From the NCBI GenBank assembly GCA_938020525.1, contig CALIHW010000053.1:8705-72704 (forward strand): DNA of 64,000 nucleotides. The letters run 5' to 3'. Shown piece by piece: positions 58,706 through 64,000 of this stretch. The notes under the pieces were generated by a model. It ran no database searches. It was not told the DNA's origin and worked only from the letters and a program-made list of their open reading frames with translations. The stretch is from an uncultured Granulosicoccaceae bacterium (GTDB taxonomy: Bacteria; Pseudomonadota; Gammaproteobacteria; Granulosicoccales; Granulosicoccaceae). Positions within the stretch are counted from its first letter, which is position 1, and every line of letters begins with the position of its first letter. The position numbers and the translations under genes were made by a program.

Positions 58706-60255
58706 CAGTTATTACCTCCGCTCGTGTTCTTTGATTTAGGAACCGACGTCTGCTGTGGCAGTCTATCAAGGCCACCAGCTGCCAGTGACGCAGCTTTGAA
58801 GACTGCACGGGCTTTGTTAAGTGTTTCATCCCACTCGCTGAGCGGTACTGAATCATAGACAATTCCTGCACCCGCCTGAATCATTAGCTCACCGTCTTTA
58901 ACAACCGCCGTTCTGATGGCTATCGCAGTATCCATATTGCCGTTGAAAGACAGATAGCCCACTGCGCCCGAGTAGATTCCTCGTTTTACCGGTTCGAGTT
59001 CATTAATAATTTCCATGGCTCGAATCTTCGGCGCACCACTCACCGTACCGGCTGGAAAAGTAGCACGCAACACATCCATTGCACTGAATCCCTGCTTCAG
59101 CTTTCCAGACACATTAGAGACGATATGCATGACGTGCGAATAACGCTCTACGATCATCTTTTCTGTCAATTTAACTGTACCGGTTTCTGCTACCCGACCC
59201 GCATCATTGCGACCAAGATCGATTAGCATCAGATGCTCAGCAAGTTCCTTGGGGTCTGCCAGCAGACTTTCCTCGTGCGCTTTATCTTCAGCATCTGTAA
59301 TGCCTCTGGGTCTGGTGCCAGCTATCGGCCGGACAGTGACTGTGTTGTCTTCAAGTCGCACCAGAATCTCAGGCGACGAGCCAACAATCTGATAGCCACC
59401 TAAATCCAGATAATACATATACGGCGACGGATTCAGCATTCGCAAAGCTCGATACAAATCCAGTGAATGGCCATTAAACGGTGCTGTCATTCGCTGCGAG
59501 AGCACAACCTGCATACAATCACCGGCAGCTATATAGTCTCGCACCTTTTCGACACCAGCCATAAAACTGTTTTGTCCGAAGGTGGAAGTAAAACAACTTT
59601 CATCCAGCTGTTGCCTGCACCCGGGAACATGTTCCGACGCCGGACTACGCAGCATCGCTTCGATTTCATCGAGCCGCTTTTCGCCTGAACTATCTGTATC
59701 TGGCTCAATACTTTCCGGTTCTGAACCAACATGCACGATAATAAGTGCCGTACCATTCAGATTATCAAAGACCACTACCTCCTCTGACACCATCAGCAGT
59801 ATATCCGGCGTCTCCAACGGATCCGGCAGGTTATCTTTGAAGATCGAAGGCTCTATATAATTGATGGTCTCGTAACCGAAGTATCCAACCAAACCGCCGG
59901 TAAACCGTAGTTGTGAAAAGCGGCCACCAAGTTCATCGCAGTCGAAAGATGCATGAAATTTTTCTACCCAATCTAACGGATCTTCCACCGTCTCCTGATG
60001 TTGCAATTGCCCGTCACGTTCAATGGACAACTCGGTACCATGAAATTTAATAACGTCGCGACACGGCAAACCGATGATTGAGTAGCGCCCCCACTTGTCA
60101 CCGCCAGTCACAGATTCAAACAAATAGGTGCCAGTGCAATTGGCAACTTTTAAATAGGTAGAGAGTGGCGTTTCAAGGTCCGCAAGAATCTCGCGAACCA
60201 GCATCCGGCGTTTAACCGGCCGCAGAGGAGTAATTTGATTGAGATGATCTTTCAT
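58705..60255 (-). CDS. trpE: Anthranilate synthase component I
   Basis: The LLESV-like motif (LFESVTGG), GTLSGAP-like motif (GTVSGAPK), YSGAVGY and GAGIVYDS are present. The probable start is the ATG at 60255 (MKDHLNQ...), although the ORF is open to 60339. Confidence 0.9.
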   Translation of the reverse strand: MKDHLNQITPLRPVKRRMLVREILADLETPLSTYLKVANCTGTYLFESVTGGDKWGRYSIIGLPCRDVIKFHGTELSIERDGQLQHQETVEDPLDWVEKFHASFDCDELGGRFSQLRFTGGLVGYFGYETINYIEPSIFKDNLPDPLETPDILLMVSEEVVVFDNLNGTALIIVHVGSEPESIEPDTDSSGEKRLDEIEAMLRSPASEHVPGCRQQLDESCFTSTFGQNSFMAGVEKVRDYIAAGDCMQVVLSQRMTAPFNGHSLDLYRALRMLNPSPYMYYLDLGGYQIVGSSPEILVRLEDNTVTVRPIAGTRPRGITDAEDKAHEESLLADPKELAEHLMLIDLGRNDAGRVAETGTVKLTEKMIVERYSHVMHIVSNVSGKLKQGFSAMDVLRATFPAGTVSGAPKIRAMEIINELEPVKRGIYSGAVGYLSFNGNMDTAIAIRTAVVKDGELMIQAGAGIVYDSVPLSEWDETLNKARAVFKAASLAAGGLDRLPQQTSVPKSKNTSGGNN

Positions 60256-60615
60256 GAATTTCAGCAAGTGTAAATACAGTGACGGAAGGTATAGTCGCAA
60301 CGGGGGTGTTTGCGCTTCGCCAACCAAAGACCGCACCAAAGGCGGCTGATGTCACTTTAAGCTGATTCATGAAGGTTCAAAATAGGTTATTAGTTGTTGC
60401 GTAACTTGAGGCCGGGACAAACATCACGCTATCGTTCTCAATGCTCAACCCGAATGCCCAGAGCATTTACCCACAAGCACAAATTCGAGTCAAGCGCACA
60501 AGCGGATTTCGTGAAGGAATCAGCGCAACTGCTACCAACAAGACAGACTGACGACGTGCCAACATCATCCACAACAGCTATATTAACCCCTATCTCAATA
60601 ATAGAGCCCTGACAA

Positions 60616-62145
60616 ATGGCACGTATTCACCAGGACCATCTGATAGACAGTGTTGCGGACGCGCTGCAGTTCATCTCTTACTACCACCCGAAAGACTTCG
60701 TTGATGCAGTCCACGATGCCTACAATCGCGAAGAATCCAAGCCTGCCAAAGATGCGATCGCGCAGATTCTGATCAATTCGAAGCTGTGCGCCGAGGGACA
60801 CCGGCCCATTTGTCAGGATACCGGTATCGTCACTATTTTTATAAAAATTGGTATGGATGTGCAGTGGCAAGGAGCTACGATGAGCCCGACCGAAATGATC
60901 AATGAAGGCGTTCGCCGAGCTTACCTGCATCCGGATAACAAACTGCGAGCTTCTATTCTTGCTGATCCGGCCGGCAGCAGACAGAACACAAAGGACAACA
61001 CGCCAGCAGTCATTCACATGGAGGTTGTTGAGGGTGACAAAATAGAAGTTGATCTGGCGGCAAAAGGCGGCGGGTCAGAAAATAAATCCAAAATGGTGAT
61101 GCTCAACCCGAGTGACAGCATAGTCGACTGGGTGGTCAAAACAATACCGACAATGGGTGCAGGCTGGTGCCCACCAGGTATGCTCGGCATCGGGATTGGT
61201 GGAACAGCTGAAAAATCTGCAGTACTTGCAAAGCAGGTACTTATGGATCCGATTGACATACAGGAACTAAAAGATCGCGGTCCTTCAAACCGTATTGAAG
61301 AACTACGACTTGAGATTTTTGAAAAGGTGAACGCACTCGGTATAGGTGCACAGGGTCTGGGCGGACTAACAACCGTACTGGATGTTAAAATCGCAGATTA
61401 CCCGACGCATGCCGCGTCCCTGCCGGTGACCATGATCCCGAATTGCGCCGCGACAAGACATACGCACTTTGTCTTAAATGGCGATGGACCGGCACTGCAA
61501 ACCCCGCCATCACTCAGTGACTGGCCGGAAATCGCCTGGGATGTCGGACCCAACGCCCGCTCAGTTAATCTCGATACGTTAACCGATGAAGAAACCTCAA
61601 GCTTCAAGCCAGGTGAAACACTATTGTTAAACGGTACTTTGCTGACAGGTCGCGATGCAGCACACAAGCGTATCAAGGAAATTCTCGAACGTGGTGAAGA
61701 ATTACCCGTCGACCTTAGCGGCAAATTGATTTACTACGTCGGTCCGGTCGATGCAGTGCGCGATGAAGCAGTAGGACCCGCTGGCCCCACAACAGCAACT
61801 CGAATGGATAAGTTTACCGATATGATGCTGGAGCGTACCGGTATTTTAGGTATGGTCGGTAAAGCCGAGAGAGGGCCCACCGGAATTGAGGCGATCAAAA
61901 AACATAAATCAGTCTACCTTATGGCAGTAGGCGGGGCGGCGTATCTGGTATCACGGGCAATCACTGATGCACGAGTCATCGCATTTGAAGAGCTCGGTAT
62001 GGAAGCAATTCATGAATTCGTAGTAAAAGATATGCCCGTTACGGTTGCAGTAGACAGTAACGGTGAAGCAGTGCACCAGACCGGTCCCGCAATCTGGCGC
62101 GATAAAATTTCTTCAGGTGAAGTACACCCTGTCTATTTTAAATGA
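60616..62145 (+). CDS. fumA: Class I (Fe-S dependent) fumarate hydratase
   Basis: It is 509 aa. The N-terminal catalytic part has ICQDTGIV and the C-terminal part has GPTTA.RMD. This resembles the single-chain class I fumarase of pseudomonads. Confidence 0.85.
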   Translation: MARIHQDHLIDSVADALQFISYYHPKDFVDAVHDAYNREESKPAKDAIAQILINSKLCAEGHRPICQDTGIVTIFIKIGMDVQWQGATMSPTEMINEGVRRAYLHPDNKLRASILADPAGSRQNTKDNTPAVIHMEVVEGDKIEVDLAAKGGGSENKSKMVMLNPSDSIVDWVVKTIPTMGAGWCPPGMLGIGIGGTAEKSAVLAKQVLMDPIDIQELKDRGPSNRIEELRLEIFEKVNALGIGAQGLGGLTTVLDVKIADYPTHAASLPVTMIPNCAATRHTHFVLNGDGPALQTPPSLSDWPEIAWDVGPNARSVNLDTLTDEETSSFKPGETLLLNGTLLTGRDAAHKRIKEILERGEELPVDLSGKLIYYVGPVDAVRDEAVGPAGPTTATRMDKFTDMMLERTGILGMVGKAERGPTGIEAIKKHKSVYLMAVGGAAYLVSRAITDARVIAFEELGMEAIHEFVVKDMPVTVAVDSNGEAVHQTGPAIWRDKISSGEVHPVYFK

Positions 62146-62236
62146 TAGCCAGAAGTATTGGCAGCCTAGTTGAAATCAGGAATAAACGGACCATTCAGCG
62201 CAGGCAATTAATACAGTTGCCTGCGGTCTGTGATAT

Positions 62237-62328
62237 GCGGTAGATTTTAAGCGGCCTACTATTCGGCTGTACTATGCGGCTCTAAAATACGGCCCAAAAA
62301 TACAGCCCAAAAATACAGCAAGTAGTAA
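62237..62328. repeat. Degenerate 13-bp tandem array, about 7 copies
   Basis: GCGGTAGATTTTA / AGCGGCCTACTATT / CGGCTGTACTATG / CGGCTCTAAAATA / CGGCCCAAAAATA / CAGCCCAAAAATA / CAGCAAGTAGTAA. A hairpin CGCAGGCAA-N9-TTGCCTGCG at 62199..62225 precedes the array. Confidence 0.65.
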
Positions 62329-62373
62329 GCATTCGCTTTCCGCGCTTGAATGTCCGACATGAACGAACACACG

Positions 62374-63726
62374 TTACATAGCGACCTTTTTGGCCGAAGT
62401 TTCAAACGCTGGCGTATCAACAACTACATCTGATTTTTTCTTGCGCTCTTCAAGATCAATAATACTACCCGCATCACCTTCGGCCTTAATGCTGCTCAGC
62501 ACTGTTGGCTCATTAAAGTGCTCATCTGCCAGAGCAACCGGCCAATTCAATCCTGACTCATCAGAGTCTCTAATTTCAGTATATAAGCTGCCATTAATCT
62601 GCGTGCTGTCTATCAGGTAGCGCCGGAACCTCTCGTAAAGATCCTGATCTACCTCACCGGGGTCACTCCAAAAAGAATCAATTGTGCCCTGATGAGTCAA
62701 ACCATCTATGTCGTATATCGCCTCCCCCAGCGCCTTAACTGGTGTGTCATGATATAACGAAGATATTCCCACCGTGCTGTTTATCAGCACTGATCCTTCA
62801 GCATTACGCAACAAGGAAGGTAAATCTGTATCGTGAACATAATGTAGCCGATTCTCAAGACCATAAACCAGGGCCATTTTCTGGATTACAGATTTATAGT
62901 TCTTATAACCTCTGTCATAGGGATGATGCTTAATAACCAGAGAACAATCATCTCTGCCTGATTTTGAGAATGAACTAATTACATGCTCAAGATATTTTTC
63001 AATACTTGGAAATTCAGAATGCTGCCTGACCTGCATGTCACTATGCACCTGCAATGGCAACAAGAAGTATTTATTACTTCCGTTGAGAATAAACTGGCCG
63101 ATCTTACGTTCGGTAAATCGATAAGCCATTTTTCTGCAGCCGGACTGTATCCAATACAATCCCTCTATAAATACATTCAGGCTGCGATGATGTTCGTAAT
63201 CATTGAACATCCACTTCATCGCAGAAGCAGCAATATAGTACTGCACACAATGTCTGGCGGCTGAGCTAAATACATTTGAGACTGGTCCGGAAGGCAAATC
63301 AAAAACACTAGTATCGGTTTGCGCTAAATGCTCGTGTATACAGGCTTTATCACAAGCACTGGAAAATCCGTTAACACCATCTTTTTCCAATGTCACATAA
63401 TTTGGACGCACATACCCTTCTTCAAAAACATAGACCTCAATACCAAGCCGGGTAGCAATATCAATTGCCTGACGATGGTATCGTCTGCAATCCCCGAACA
63501 AGTAGATCCGATCTATCTCTCGCCCCAACATTACACTCTCAATCCATGAAGGCCAGACAGATGCTTTAGCAGTGAAGTTTAGGTACTTACCAGTGCGAAA
63601 GTAATAGAGATCTCCCCCGTTTAAGTTTACTTTCAGAACATTGTGACCACAGCTCTCAAGCTGTCGTGCGAACTTCTTAAAGAAAGGTCCGACAGGTCCC
63701 TGTAGTAAAAGAATATTACGCGGCAT
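62374..63726 (-). CDS. kpsS: Capsule polysaccharide biosynthesis protein, KpsS-like (Capsule_synth family, Kdo-linker transferase type)
   Basis: The N-terminus is NILLLQGPVGPFFKKFARQL. The region INSTVGISSLYHDTPVKALGEAIYDIDGLT is family-typical. It follows a kpsC-like gene. A C-terminal tail of about 50 aa is not expected for KpsS. Confidence 0.65.
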   Translation of the reverse strand: MPRNILLLQGPVGPFFKKFARQLESCGHNVLKVNLNGGDLYYFRTGKYLNFTAKASVWPSWIESVMLGREIDRIYLFGDCRRYHRQAIDIATRLGIEVYVFEEGYVRPNYVTLEKDGVNGFSSACDKACIHEHLAQTDTSVFDLPSGPVSNVFSSAARHCVQYYIAASAMKWMFNDYEHHRSLNVFIEGLYWIQSGCRKMAYRFTERKIGQFILNGSNKYFLLPLQVHSDMQVRQHSEFPSIEKYLEHVISSFSKSGRDDCSLVIKHHPYDRGYKNYKSVIQKMALVYGLENRLHYVHDTDLPSLLRNAEGSVLINSTVGISSLYHDTPVKALGEAIYDIDGLTHQGTIDSFWSDPGEVDQDLYERFRRYLIDSTQINGSLYTEIRDSDESGLNWPVALADEHFNEPTVLSSIKAEGDAGSIIDLEERKKKSDVVVDTPAFETSAKKVAM

Positions 63727-64000
63727 AAGTAAGGCCTTTTCTTATATTGCGAACAATGTTCACGTATTTTTTTAGTCCTGATGCAGTAAGCGAATCAGAC
63801 TGCCTCTGACGCTCTTCTACCAGTGCGGCAATTGTTTTTTCCACACTAGTGAATTCACCCGACTCAATATCGAGATAACCCGGATATTCGATATAACAAA
63901 TGTATACCAGCTCCGCCAAGCTACGCTTCCTTGTTCGCCGCTCAAAACTACAATGATCCGTCGTCAAACCCCACCCTGCATAAAAGGGTCTTCCATAAGT
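63716..64000 (-). CDS. kpsC: KpsC-like capsule biosynthesis protein, C-terminal end; the ORF is open to the window edge
   Basis: My own translation upstream of the listed TTG gives ...TYGRPFYAGWGLTTDHCSFERR. PFYAGWGLT is the conserved Capsule_synth motif. There is no stop before position 64000. The gene overlaps the kpsS start by 11 nt. Confidence 0.6.
   Translation of the reverse strand, partial: TYGRPFYAGWGLTTDHCSFERRTRKRSLAELVYICYIEYPGYLDIESGEFTSVEKTIAALVEERQRQSDSLTASGLKKYVNIVRNIRKGLTYAA

Noticed and set aside
60256-60615. I searched for a trp leader peptide and attenuator upstream of trpE.
   Set aside because: There are no tandem Trp codons (no CCACCA on the plus strand) and no terminator/antiterminator pair. 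The only upstream ATG ORF ([17 protein letters not shown]...) has a single Trp and overlaps trpE out of frame.

Overview
The window looks like a chromosomal segment of a gammaproteobacterium. Gene order resembles Pseudomonas or Cellvibrionales: leuS-lptE, ygfB-pepP-ubiH, zapA-ssrS, ilvA/rpiA, glnK-amtB, rplM-rpsI, vfr(crp)-trpCDG-trpE, class I fumarase and kpsC-kpsS. All calls come from reading the supplied translations and the DNA by eye; no database search was run.

Most of the window is housekeeping. The main accessory block lies at about 6.8-22.4 kb. It contains a nine-gene co-directional operon (22395 down to 11994, minus strand), a convergent ArnT-like GT-C transferase, a flippase-like membrane protein and a nearby EntD/Sfp-type PPTase. 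This block combines two parts:
- an Lgm/Arn-like polyprenyl-phosphate-sugar route (GT2, NodB-type deacetylase, GT-C transferase, WecB, SDR, FAD oxidoreductase);
- a Dlt-like extracytoplasmic acylation module (SGNH-like protein, MBOAT, carrier protein) whose ligase is of the acetoacetyl-CoA-synthetase type rather than the DltA type.
I consider this block the best candidate for an undescribed envelope-modification system.

Other notable points:
- leuS is interrupted by an in-frame TAA that directly abuts an ATG.
- A 712-aa protein carries a SpoT-like HD hydrolase core.
- A near-consensus LexA box has no obvious gene.
- CTAG-bounded MITEs of three TIR types occur, two types present at both of two loci; one supplies the stop codon of a Rieske oxygenase gene.
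- REP-like hairpins are present.
- An 1850-aa tandem UvrA-UvrA fusion is translationally coupled to a TauE-family gene.
- Mo-hydroxylase maturation genes (XdhC, MoxR/CoxD, VWA/CoxE) appear without structural genes.
- Several short degenerate tandem repeat arrays lie in 3-prime intergenic regions.

I recognised no tRNA, rRNA or CRISPR array.
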